Positions 1 to 8,698 are shown, numbered from the stretch's first letter. The stretch is DNA of 39,585 bases from an uncultured Spirochaetales bacterium (GCA_964403735.1 CAYOHN010000002.1:1-39585); one strand, 5' to 3'. Program-made: numbers and translations. Notes: generated from the sequence alone by a model not told the origin.

Positions 1-182
1 AATGATACGGCGCGCTCGAACGCGCCGCCGCGGCGTTCGTAGAGCCAGATCTGGTCGAGGGCGCTGCGGCTGCGCCGCATGAGCAGGGAGGGTCCATGAT
101 TGAAGGCGAGCACGTTGCCGGCGGCCGAGAGCGCGGGGTTCCCGCTGCCGGAGGTCGGCGGGCGCGCGAGGGCAGCCTTCGG
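1..182 (-). pseudogene. 5'-truncated beta-propeller (PD40/TolB-like repeat) coding remnant running off the left edge
   Basis: High-GC3 minus-strand frame reads ..SGNPALSAAGNVLAFNHGPSLL..ALDQIWLYERRGGAFERAV. It starts directly after, and in frame with, the TAG stop of the channel gene (183-185), so it has no room for its own N-terminus or RBS. Confidence 0.3.
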
Positions 183-1280
183 CTACCCGAGGGTCACGAA
201 CGCGAGCGTGCTGGACCCGACCAGCCCCACATAGACGAGCGGGAAGATCCACCGGCACTGGTGATCGATGCGATCCCCCGCGTCCGACCGCCCGGCCCTG
301 TCGCAGGCCCCCACGAGTAGGTTCACGACGACCGTGGCGCACATGACGAGGAAGCTCACGTTCAGGAACACGTCGAGCAGGGTCACATACGCCACCTGCG
401 GCATGATATCGGCCACGACGAACTGATACGCCACCGAAGTCAGGATGCCGACGAAGGAGACGGAGATCCGATCCCCGAGAGACGAGCGGTCCATCCAGAA
501 GACGACCCAGGACAGCGCCACGATGAGCGCGAGCGGCACGACGATGAGGCGAAGCATGAAGAGGGGTTGGCGCCGGACGTCGACGCCCACCATGAACTGC
601 GAGACATACCGGCCGGGACCGATCTCGGGTGCGATCCGTTCGCCTGTGTGCACGACGACCCGATCCAGACTCCACTGGGGCACGCGAGCGTCCTCGGGTA
701 GACCGACGGGATGGTCCGGAGCGACCTCGAGCCGCACCTCCGAGGCATCCATGCCGAGCACCTCGAACACCGCCTCGAGATGCTGCGCATCGAAGGGGAG
801 GCGGCGGAGCGCCAGATCGGTCTCGGCGTCGGCGTCCAGCGAGGCGTAGAGTGTCTGCGTTCCGTCGGGCAGTGCGCGCAGAAGCACGGCCTCGACCTCG
901 AAGAAGCCCGACTCGTTCGCGAGCAGGATCTGCGGGTACCAGGCGGGTGAGAGTTCGTCGAACTGAAAGCCGCCTTGGTAGAACTTCTCGGCGACGCCGG
1001 CTTCGGCCGGATCGAACGTCTGTCGCGGATCGCTCCAACTGAGCCGCAGGAGGCCGCTGAACTGAAAGGTCTCGGCGCTGTCGTCGATCTCGTTCAGATC
1101 GTTCATCTGGAAGGCCGCCCGGACGACGACGGGTCCTTCGGCGGGCGGGGGCGTGAGCGGAGGCACGGCCTCGGCGGCGTCCGACGCAAGCGCCTGTGCA
1201 CATGGCCCCAGCACCACGGGGAACGGCGCGAGCAGCAGGCCGGCGAGGAGGAGCGGGAGACGAAGCCCGGTGCGATTCAT
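183..1280 (-). CDS. prokaryotic pentameric ligand-gated ion channel (pLGIC, GLIC/ELIC-like) with signal peptide
   Basis: ORF 183-1400. ATG 1280 is preferred: signal peptide MNRTGLRLPLLLAGLLLAPF, AGGAG 4 nt upstream, and the 40 codons upstream have poor GC3. A beta-rich ectodomain is followed by four TM helices (LIVVPLALIVALSWVVFW, ISVSFVGILTSVAYQFVV, LDVFLNVSFLVMCATVVVNLLV, WIFPLVYVGLVGSSTLAFV). Confidence 0.85.
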   Translation of the reverse strand: MNRTGLRLPLLLAGLLLAPFPVVLGPCAQALASDAAEAVPPLTPPPAEGPVVVRAAFQMNDLNEIDDSAETFQFSGLLRLSWSDPRQTFDPAEAGVAEKFYQGGFQFDELSPAWYPQILLANESGFFEVEAVLLRALPDGTQTLYASLDADAETDLALRRLPFDAQHLEAVFEVLGMDASEVRLEVAPDHPVGLPEDARVPQWSLDRVVVHTGERIAPEIGPGRYVSQFMVGVDVRRQPLFMLRLIVVPLALIVALSWVVFWMDRSSLGDRISVSFVGILTSVAYQFVVADIMPQVAYVTLLDVFLNVSFLVMCATVVVNLLVGACDRAGRSDAGDRIDHQCRWIFPLVYVGLVGSSTLAFVTLG

Positions 1281-1554
1281 CGCGCTCCTGATCAAACGTC
1301 GCGGACCCCGAGCGGAACGAGTCCGGACGATGCGAAGGACGGGTGACGATCCGCGTTGTCCGCCACCGAGCGAGCCCCGATCGGGCCGAGGCGGCAGCAT
1401 AGGGGACGCAGGCCTCCTCTTGGTACTCCGGCCCGCGATTTCGACGTCGTATTCCCCGCGCCGTCAGGCGGCCTCGCGGTCGTCGCGCCCGTTCTCCGGG
1501 AGCCGCCAGAGCAGCCGGTCTTCGAGCTCCTCGAGGCTCACTGTGTCTACGAGA

Positions 1555-1743
1555 TCACAAACCAAATTGGTTCTGCAATTCGAACTCACCCAGCTTCCAA
1601 GTCTTGTCGAACCAGCTCTTCTCGGGCCCATACAGGCGCAGCAGCACACTCCAGCCCCTACCGGGAACGGGTCTGGACCCAATTTTTTCGTGCCCCTAAG
1701 GCGCCGTCGGGCCGAACCACACATCCACCGAACCATCGGCATT
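1555..1743 (-). pseudogene. C-terminal remnant of a DUF1214-family gene (GKGW..RLYGP subtype)
   Basis: Minus frame reads NADGSVDVWFGPTAP*GHEKIGSRPVPGRGWSVLLRLYGPEKSWFDKTWKLGEFELQNQFGL*. It has an in-frame TAG and local frame disturbance at an A6 run (expected EKNW..T.PGKGW). No N-terminal domains are present. Confidence 0.5.
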
Positions 1744-1879
1744 GCGACGGGTTTCCGGTGGCGCGCTCCGAGGTGGTGTCGAAGGTTCCCGCCCGCGCCG
1801 AATCCTCACGACATCGGCGGCATCGCGGCGTTCTGGCGCTTCGAGCGCCGCGCCGCGTTCCCGGCTGCGGCTATTTCAC

Positions 1880-2050
1880 CTACGCTTGCGCCTTCTCGAA
1901 CATCGTCTCCATCTGCGAAGACAGCACCTTGCTGCCGATCGAGCGCTCGGCGCCGACGCCGAAGCCGGTGATCTGGTCCGTCGAGGTCCCGTTGCCGTAG
2001 AAGACGACCGTGCCGCCATCCTTCGCCGGCAGGTGGGTTGCATGATTCAT
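1880..2050 (-). CDS. small hypothetical protein (56 aa), possible fourth gene of the DUF2092/DUF4410 operon or a C-terminal gene fragment
   Basis: ATG 2050 to TAG 1880-1882: MNHATHLPAKDGGTVVFYGNGTSTDQITGFGVGAERSIGSKVLSSQMETMFEKAQA. GC3 is strongly coding-like. It lies 76 nt downstream of the DUF4410 stop on the same strand. No good RBS; too short for the ORF track. Confidence 0.35.
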   Translation of the reverse strand: MNHATHLPAKDGGTVVFYGNGTSTDQITGFGVGAERSIGSKVLSSQMETMFEKAQA

Positions 2051-2126
2051 TCCCAAGGACGCGCTGCGATTCCAGTCGCGCCGAGGCGGTGGGCGAATCG
2101 CGCCGACAGCCCGACCGGGGCCGCCG

Positions 2127-2831
2127 TCACTGGATCCAGCCCTCCTCGCGGAGCCGCGGCTTCATCTCTTTCACGATCTCCTTCGCCGTCTGCCGGCCGC
2201 GGCCCTCGATGGTGCTGCGGCCGCTCGCCTCTCCCTCCACTTTGATCGCGCTGGTGACGAGGAGGCCGATCGGGTTCGCCGTTGCGATGGCGACGGCCGC
2301 CGGCACCGCCGCACCGGGCCCCTTGCCTCCGCCGGCGGACACGGAGCCGGAGCCGAGCTTGCGCAGCCCCTGCGGCGTCACCTGGAAGCCCTCGACCACC
2401 GTGGTCAGCTTGGAGGCGCCAGCACCGAAGCCGACCACCATGCGCTTGGTGGCACTGCCTTCGTCGAGCGAGGCGAACCAGCCGTGGATCACGATGTCGT
2501 CGACGCGGGGCCGCGTCTCCGCGACGGCGTGCTGCGCAGGGAGTTCGAGGTCCTGGAGCTCTGCCACCAGCGCCCGAGCCACCTCGGCGCCGAGGGCACG
2601 GCCCTTCGCGAGGTCTTCCGCGCTCATCGGGGCGGCGTCGTAGCGACCGGCCAGGGCGGACGCGTCCGGGACGTCCGCCGCGGACGCGCCGAAGTCGTAC
2701 ACCCAGATGCGATCCGGCCGCGGGAGTTTCCCGGTGTCGACCACCTCGCGATCGGTGACCTTCGTCGAAGCGCAGGCGATCGCGAGGAACAGGGCGACAC
2801 AGACTGCTGAGGCTTTCCGAGCGGCTGCCAT
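2127..2831 (-). CDS. DUF4410-like lipoprotein (paralog 1)
   Basis: ORF 2127-2846. Candidate starts are TTG 2846, ATG 2840 and ATG 2831 (GAGGA 9 nt upstream of 2831). Lipobox FLAIAC. Shares GxLPRPxxIxVYxF, G.F.S.D.GS.T.R...G.GAG.S and a C-terminal GWI with the ORF at 7976-8698. Confidence 0.85.
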   Translation of the reverse strand: MAAARKASAVCVALFLAIACASTKVTDREVVDTGKLPRPDRIWVYDFGASAADVPDASALAGRYDAAPMSAEDLAKGRALGAEVARALVAELQDLELPAQHAVAETRPRVDDIVIHGWFASLDEGSATKRMVVGFGAGASKLTTVVEGFQVTPQGLRKLGSGSVSAGGGKGPGAAVPAAVAIATANPIGLLVTSAIKVEGEASGRSTIEGRGRQTAKEIVKEMKPRLREEGWIQ

Positions 2832-2842
2832 CGGAGACATCC

Positions 2843-3613
2843 TCAATAGCCCGGGGGCGCGGCGACCGATACGTAGCTCAGCTCGCCCTTCACGTAGGCT
2901 TTCTGGAACCAGTTGGGCGCGCAGTGGTAGTACGTGACGTCGTTGATCACGGCCGTGCTCATCGTGCAGGCGGCGGCGTGGCCCCCCGACGGCGTGGTCA
3001 TGGACTTTATGGCGCTGACTGCCACCGCCGTGCCCGCTGCGATCGCCACCGCGGTGGCCACGTCGTCACCGCTGACGTGGACGTAGCTGCCGTTCCAGTA
3101 GGCGCCGTGGTGGGCATCGTCGAGATTGTCGTTCCAGGCGTCCTGTCGGTCTTCCTGCTGGTTCTTTCCGTAGTTCTGCCAGTCCTCGCGATTCTCGCTC
3201 TGGGCCTGCTGCCGGCTCTCCTGGGCTTCGCTGCCATACTGCTGTCGGCTCTGCTGCGCTTCGCTGCTGGCCTGCTGCCTCGCGGCCTGGTTCGACGACG
3301 TCGTGGACGAGCGGGACTCCTGCCGAGACGCCTGATTGCCCGACACCGTCTGCTGTCGCGACCCCTGGCTCTGCGAAGGCGTGGCCTGCGCCTCTCCGCC
3401 GCGGGCGCGCGCCCCTCCGCCCTCTCGGCCGGCGAAGCGGCCCCCGCCGCCCTCGAATCCGCCCCCGGCGCGTCCGCCGAAGGAGCCGCCCGCCGCGGCG
3501 CCGCCGCGCGAGAAGCCGCCGCGCTCGCGGGCGTCGGCCACCTGGGCGACGAGGCAGACGACGAGCGTCGTCAGCGCGAGCATCCGCACGATCTGCGATC
3601 CGCTGGCCTTCAT
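2843..3613 (-). CDS. secreted low-complexity protein: RGG/Gly-rich block, Ser/Gln-rich (SRQQ-like) block, small 2-Cys C-terminal domain
   Basis: ATG 3613 overlaps the upstream stop (ATGA 3610-3613), with GGAGGAGGG upstream. Signal peptide MKASGSQIVRMLALTTLVVCLVAQVADA. C-terminus is ..VTYYHCAPNWFQKAYVKGELSYVSVAAPPGY. The upstream 84 codons of ORF 2843-3865 belong to the DUF2092 gene in another frame. Confidence 0.8.
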   Translation of the reverse strand: MKASGSQIVRMLALTTLVVCLVAQVADARERGGFSRGGAAAGGSFGGRAGGGFEGGGGRFAGREGGGARARGGEAQATPSQSQGSRQQTVSGNQASRQESRSSTTSSNQAARQQASSEAQQSRQQYGSEAQESRQQAQSENREDWQNYGKNQQEDRQDAWNDNLDDAHHGAYWNGSYVHVSGDDVATAVAIAAGTAVAVSAIKSMTTPSGGHAAACTMSTAVINDVTYYHCAPNWFQKAYVKGELSYVSVAAPPGY

Positions 3614-4446
3614 CGACCCTCCTCCGCCGGCTGCGACGCCGGCACCGGCGCGAACACGATGCGCTCGGCGCCCTGGGGCGGTTCGAACGCGAAGAGCGAA
3701 TCGGGAGCCTTCGGCGAGAGGTCCCAATCGGTGACGTGCGCCCGGAACTGAGGCTGTCCCTCCTCGTGCTCGTACGTGATCGTGATCCGCCGCGGCAGCG
3801 AATCCTTCCGGGAGACCCAGAGCTGCAGGCCGGCGACCTCGTTGCGGAGCGAGACGTGGTCGCACAGCTCACCGTCGATCGTCGACTCGCTGACGTAGCT
3901 CGCGTCGGCGATCTTCTCGGTGAGCAGCTTCGACAGCTCCGGCGACAAGAACTCCGCCAGTGCAACCGGCACACCGAGGCGCTCGCCGGCGTACTCCGCG
4001 ATGTCGTCCAACGGCCCGCTGCGCGCGACGACGGCGTAGACGTCGTGCTCGGGGTCCTGGAGGACGAGCTGCGATCCGTCGTAGAGGAGCCGCTTGGTGT
4101 CGCCCTCACGCGACGTGATGTCGACCCGCAGGCGATCGGGCCGCCGCACGACGATTTCGCGGGTCGCGCCGAACTCCAACGTGCGCCCGTCGGCCTGCAC
4201 CGTGTCCCAGGCGATCTCGCCCTGCATGGCGAAGCGCTCGGCGCCGGCGATCTGCGCGGTCATGCGCTCGACGACGGCGAGTGCCTGGGGATCTCGCACG
4301 CCGCCCGATGGCGCCGGAGCCATGGTCTCCTCGGCCATCGCCGGCATGGTGAAAGCCAGGCACGTCCACGCGGCGAAGCCCGCGAAGACGAGAACCGAGA
4401 GCATCCGGTCCGAGCGGCCGACGGCTATCTGCTGGCTCACGGACAT
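3610..4446 (-). CDS. DUF2092 (LolA-fold-like) periplasmic protein
   Basis: 278-aa ORF with signal peptide ..MLSVLVFAGFAAWTCLAFTMPAMA. Family-like motifs: VVRRPDRLRVD, LLYDGSQLVL, LCDHVSL..LQLWVS, LPRRITITY, FAFEPPQGAERI. GGAGGAG abuts ATG 4446, so GTG 4440 is an alternative start. Confidence 0.85.
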   Translation of the reverse strand: MSVSQQIAVGRSDRMLSVLVFAGFAAWTCLAFTMPAMAEETMAPAPSGGVRDPQALAVVERMTAQIAGAERFAMQGEIAWDTVQADGRTLEFGATREIVVRRPDRLRVDITSREGDTKRLLYDGSQLVLQDPEHDVYAVVARSGPLDDIAEYAGERLGVPVALAEFLSPELSKLLTEKIADASYVSESTIDGELCDHVSLRNEVAGLQLWVSRKDSLPRRITITYEHEEGQPQFRAHVTDWDLSPKAPDSLFAFEPPQGAERIVFAPVPASQPAEEGR

Positions 4447-4694
4447 CTCCTCCGCGTCTCGAGCGGCCTCTCGATAGCTCGGTCGGTTGCTGAAAGCCTG
4501 TCATCTCGCGCCAACAGCCCGAGCGGGCAGTGGAGCGAAGGCCGGGTGGGGGGCGAGGGCGGGTTGTCGTTCGAGGCCAGGATCCCGCCCCCCTCGTGGG
4601 GCCATCGACGCAGACCACACCGACGCGGGTCGGGGGAGCCTTCTCTCGCTACGATCCACGCAGTCGAATTCAATCCCAGAAAGGACGGCCGTCG

Positions 4695-5702
4695 ATGCGG
4701 TCAATCCCTCTGGTCCGCTCCAGCGGCATCCGGCCTCTCTACTGCTTCCTCCAGGGCCGAGGGTGTGAGCTGCGTCACCTCGAGGAACGGATCCGCCCCG
4801 CCTTCCGCAGTCCGGACATGTTGCTCCCGATCGCGTACGCGGGAGCGCTCTTCGCAGAGACGGCGCGCGTTTCCGGCATCAGCGATCTCGGCCTCCGCCT
4901 CGGCCTCGAGACCCGGATCGAGGAGTTCGGCGAATGGGGAACGCTGCTCTCCCGGTCTCCCGACACCGGCGCCTTCCTCCAACTCGCGATCGCCGATCAC
5001 CCCCGCTTCAACACCAGCTATCGGCTCTGGACCGTCGTGCGCAGCGACGAGGTCTGGCTCCATCTGCGCTACTGCCGCTCGCTACGAGCGGGACGTGCGC
5101 AGGTCTACGAGTTTTCGCTGATGCTCTGGCTGGATGCTTTGCGAAAGCTACTCGGCGCGTCGTGGCGCCCGCTGGAAATCCACCTCGAAGGCGACCCACC
5201 GCGGCACGCAGAGGCCCTCGCGGCGCTGGCGACGCGAGGCATCGGCTTCCAACGGCCGGCCCTGGCGATCGCCTTCCCGCGGCATCTCCTCGCCCGGCGC
5301 ATCGAGCCGATGCCGGCGCGCGCTCTCGCAGTGGACGCGGGCCCCGTCCCGGCGAGCGACTTCGAGGGCTCCGTCCGCCAGACGGTGGCGTCGCTGCTGC
5401 AGCTCGGCGTGTACGATCTCGCCGCAACGGCCGAGGCTGCCGGCATGGGCGAGCGCTCCCTCCAGCGCCACCTCGGCAAGCTCGGTCTCACGTTCAGCGG
5501 GCTCGTCGAAGACCTTCGTTACGAGGCGGCCCGCCAGTTGCTGGCCGATCCGCTTCGCAAGGTGATCGACGTCTCGACTGCGCTCGGGTACAGCGACCCA
5601 GCGAACTTCACTCGAGCCTTCCGCCGCTGGAGTGGCGCCTCGCCCAAGCTCTTCCGGCGCGTCGCAGGCGGACCGCCCGTCGAGGGCCTCGCTCGGCGCT
5701 GA
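4695..5702 (+). CDS. AraC-family transcriptional regulator (arabinose-binding-like N-domain + HTH_18)
   Basis: ATG 4695 with AAGGA 9 nt upstream. C-terminal HTH reads ..AAGMGERSLQRHLGKLGLTFSGLVEDLRYEAARQLL..ALGYSDPANFTRAFRRWSGASP. Divergent from the DUF2092 operon. Confidence 0.85.
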   Translation: MRSIPLVRSSGIRPLYCFLQGRGCELRHLEERIRPAFRSPDMLLPIAYAGALFAETARVSGISDLGLRLGLETRIEEFGEWGTLLSRSPDTGAFLQLAIADHPRFNTSYRLWTVVRSDEVWLHLRYCRSLRAGRAQVYEFSLMLWLDALRKLLGASWRPLEIHLEGDPPRHAEALAALATRGIGFQRPALAIAFPRHLLARRIEPMPARALAVDAGPVPASDFEGSVRQTVASLLQLGVYDLAATAEAAGMGERSLQRHLGKLGLTFSGLVEDLRYEAARQLLADPLRKVIDVSTALGYSDPANFTRAFRRWSGASPKLFRRVAGGPPVEGLARR

Positions 5703-5796
5703 GAGGTCCGAGGTCGCGTCGATGTCGCGATCTCCGTCGAGCTCGCGGCGGGCGTCTTGGAAGCCCGTCTCGGTCGCGCGTTCGAGGCTGTCGACG

Positions 5797-6120
5797 TCAC
5801 CGGTCTTCTGAATGAACGACGGCTTGGTGCTTTGCCCCCAGGGTGGCCAGATCGCCGAAGCCATTCCAGCCGCCGGTGAGCACGGTGGCCTCGCGGGTGT
5901 CGATCCCGCCGCGCACGCCATTCCCCTCGAGCGTACGGTACTGCACGCTGCCCTGAGTCAGCGCCAGCGACGGCGGCCTGCGCTCCAGCCCTGAAGCCTT
6001 CGGTGGTTCCATGGCTGCTGCTGCTCCCGCTGTGACTCCCGCTGTGAGATTGGCAGCCAACACCCCGCCCTCGTTCAGCAAGCTGGTGTTCTCGAGAAAC
6101 TCACGGCGATCTCGTGTCAT
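5797..6120 (-). CDS. Tat-signal ORF, probably the N-terminal stump of an exported enzyme
   Basis: GGGAG 7 nt upstream of ATG 6120. Twin-arginine motif MTRDRREFLENTS. GC3 is coding-like up to ..GGWNGFGDLATLG, then drops for the last 12 codons, suggesting truncation near 5830. Confidence 0.4.
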   Translation of the reverse strand: MTRDRREFLENTSLLNEGGVLAANLTAGVTAGAAAAMEPPKASGLERRPPSLALTQGSVQYRTLEGNGVRGGIDTREATVLTGGWNGFGDLATLGAKHQAVVHSEDR

Positions 6121-6359
6121 GCGTGTACTCCCTGAGGGCTCGCGAAATCAAGGTTGCCGGCTGCGCTCACTTCGATCGCACGGTCGGCGGCAAGGTACGA
6201 GAAGGCTCCAGTGCGGAGGTCGGCTCGTAGATCGAGAACGGGTTGACGCGGTGGGGACGCGCCAGCATCACAATAGTGCAACGCGGCCGATTCGTGCTTG
6301 CCAGTCAATCACGCTGGACCCGCGGGAGCAGCGCTGCCGCATTCAGGAGGCATCTCAGC

Positions 6360-7812
6360 ATGCAGGCGACGAGAGTGATCGAACGGAAGCTTCTGGACGG
6401 GATGCGGGGGGCGACCGCCGGAGTCGCGTGGATCGTCGTCGCCGCGACCCTGCTGCCCCTGGCCGCCAGCGCCGAGCCTCGCCGAGGCCAAGGCCATCGC
6501 CGAGGAGGGCTTCATCTACGGCCTGCCGATCGTGATGAACTACGCGGTCATGTACGAGTACGCGGTGGACCGCGACTCGGAGCAGTGCAAGGCGCCCTTC
6601 GACCACATCAAGAACGAGGCGCGAGTCTTCACCTACGAGGACACGGCGATCGTCACGCCGAACAGTGACACGCCCTACTGCTTCGCGTGGCGCGATCTCC
6701 GAGCCGAGCAGGTCGTGTTGTCGGTCCCCGCCGTCGAGAAGGGACGCTACGACGCAGTGCAGCTCGAAGACGGCAACACCCTCAATTACGGCTACATCGG
6801 CAGCCGCACCACGGGCAACGGAGCGGGCCACTACCTGATCGTCGGACCCGGCTGGACGGGACAGACTCCCGAGCGCATCGCCAAGGTGTTCCACTCCACC
6901 ACGCAATTCACCCTGGCGGACTACCGCACCCAGATCTTCGACCCCGCGGACATGATCAACGTGAAGAAGATCCAGGCGGGCTACCAGGTGCGGCCGCTCT
7001 CGGCATTCCTGGGCGAGCCCGGGCCGCCGGCCGCGCCGAGGGTCGAATTCCCGAAGGCCAATGCCGAGATGGTGAAAAACAACTTCTTCGAATACCTGGA
7101 CTGGTCGCTCCCGTTCGCGCCGCCGGGCCCGGAAGAGCGGGAGATCCGCGCGAAGCTGGCGCGGATCGGCGTCGGCCCGGGCAAGACCTTCGAGTGGAAG
7201 GACCTCTCCCTCGAGCACAAGGCCGAGATCCTGCTCGGCATGAAAGAGGGGGAGAAGAAGATCGAGAAGTACCCGGCGACGCAGGAGTTTGCCGTCAACG
7301 GTTGGAAGATGACCAACCTGTTCGGCGACCGCGCCTTGTTTGCTGGCAACTGGTTGAAGCGAGCCGCCGGCGCGAAGGCAGGCATCTACGGCAACGACGC
7401 GGTGGAGGCGACCTACGGGTTCGGCAGGACCCTCCCGGACGGGACGCCGCTCGACGGCAGCAAGCACGGCTACACGCTCACCTTCCCCGCCGGCCAGTAT
7501 CCCCCGGTGAATGCGTTCTGGTCGGTGACGATGTACGACGGCAAGACGCAGCTGCTGATCAAGAACCCGATCGACCGCTACCTGATCAACTCCCCGATGC
7601 TGCCGAACCCGAAGAAGAGCGCCGACGGCTCGCTGACGCTCTACGTCCAGCGTGAGTCTCCCGGCGCCGACAAGGAAGCGAAGTGGCTCCCGGCGCCGAA
7701 CGGCCCAATCTACACAGTGATGCGTCTGTAATGGCCGAAGACCGAGGCGCCGTCGGTGCTGCCCGTCGGCAAGGGAACCCGAAAGCCCCCGGCGGTCGCA
7801 ATCGCGAAGTAG
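6360..7812 (+). pseudogene. DUF1254/DUF1214 two-domain secreted protein gene, disrupted by a frameshift and a nonsense codon (longest intact ORF 6532-7731)
   Basis: AGGAGG 9 nt upstream of ATG 6360 gives signal peptide MQATRVIERKLLDGMRGATAGVAWIVVAATLLPLAASAEP. One extra nt near 6480 shifts the frame into AEAKAIAEEGFIYGLPIVMNYAVMYEY... TAA at 7729-7731 replaces the Tyr of the family motif MRL(Y)WPK. The frame continues WPKTEAPSVLPVGKGTRKPPAVAIAK* to 7812. Confidence 0.8.
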
Positions 7813-7975
7813 TCGCCTCGCAGGACCGGCCAAGCTCTTCCGGCACGGGAATCGATCGCCAAGGCTCGGAACGTCACGCTACCGATCGAGGGCCGCTGCC
7901 AGTGTGGCGCCCTTCGCTACCGGGTGACCGCAGCCCCGCTCTACTCGAGTCGTCTCCCTGTGGTGCGCACCCCCG

Positions 7976-8698
7976 CTATCGCGGCGCGATCCAGCCGTGT
8001 AGCGCGAAGAAGTCGCCGAGCATGCCGGAGATCTTGTCGGCGGTCCGGCGCGCATCGGCGTCGACGTCGGCGCCGAACGCCTCGGAGCCGGCCGTGGTCG
8101 CCGCGGTCGCGACGGCTGCCGTCGCGAGCGTCCCGACACCGGCCCCGAGCGCCAAGGTCTCGGCCGCGCCGGGCTTGCGCCCGCTCTTGGCGTCGACCTC
8201 GAACTGGTCGACGAGGCGGCGCCCGCGCGGAGAGATCGCGCTCACGTGGACGGCCGTGACGACGTCGCTGCGGCCGGCCCCGAGACCGATGGTGACGCGC
8301 TCGGTCCGACTGCCCTGATCGATGCTGAGGAAGTGCCCGGTGACCGCGAGCAGCAACCCATCGCGCGGCTCCGGCGAATCCGAGGCGCGCGCCGCAGGCA
8401 GGCCCAGCGCCTGGATCTTCTTGACGAGATGATCCGCGACTGCGTCGGACACGGAGCGCGCCACTTCCCGCCGCTCACTGCTCTCCGAGACGCCCTCGAG
8501 CTTCCACGCGCCGGCGACCGTCGGGCTCGAGTCGAGCTGCACGTCCTCCGGCGAGGTCGCGAACGGGTACACCAGGATCATCTCGGGCCGCGGCAGCCGG
8601 CCGGTGTACTGGGGGCCCGTCGACTCCACCTGCGTGCTGGCGCAGCCGAAGGCTGCGATCGACAGGACGAAGAGCAAACACCAAACGTTCGATTTCAT
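7976..8698 (-). CDS. DUF4410-like lipoprotein (paralog 2)
   Basis: ATG 8698 (GGGAG upstream) inside ORF 7976-9682. Lipobox SIAAFGC. Paralogous to 2127-2831. Confidence 0.85.
   Translation of the reverse strand: MKSNVWCLLFVLSIAAFGCASTQVESTGPQYTGRLPRPEMILVYPFATSPEDVQLDSSPTVAGAWKLEGVSESSERREVARSVSDAVADHLVKKIQALGLPAARASDSPEPRDGLLLAVTGHFLSIDQGSRTERVTIGLGAGRSDVVTAVHVSAISPRGRRLVDQFEVDAKSGRKPGAAETLALGAGVGTLATAAVATAATTAGSEAFGADVDADARRTADKISGMLGDFFALHGWIAPR

Noticed and set aside
183-185. TAG read-through joining the channel ORF to the in-frame PD40-like sequence downstream
   Set aside because: The in-frame continuation is most simply coincidental. The PD40 piece is an internal repeat fragment, and a beta-propeller fused after M4 of a pLGIC makes no topological sense. 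No recoding signals were seen.
1281-1400. 40-codon N-terminal extension of the channel gene (ATG 1400, AAGAGGAGG upstream)
   Set aside because: The SD is 12 nt from the ATG and GC3 of these codons is clearly lower than in the rest of the gene. The extension would also bury the signal peptide that starts at M41.
6470-6490. Programmed +1/-1 ribosomal frameshift in the DUF1254/DUF1214 gene
   Set aside because: There is no slippery heptamer or downstream structure at gccgagcctcgccgag. The same gene also carries a nonsense codon and its paralogs are all broken, so mutation (or sequencing error) is the better explanation.
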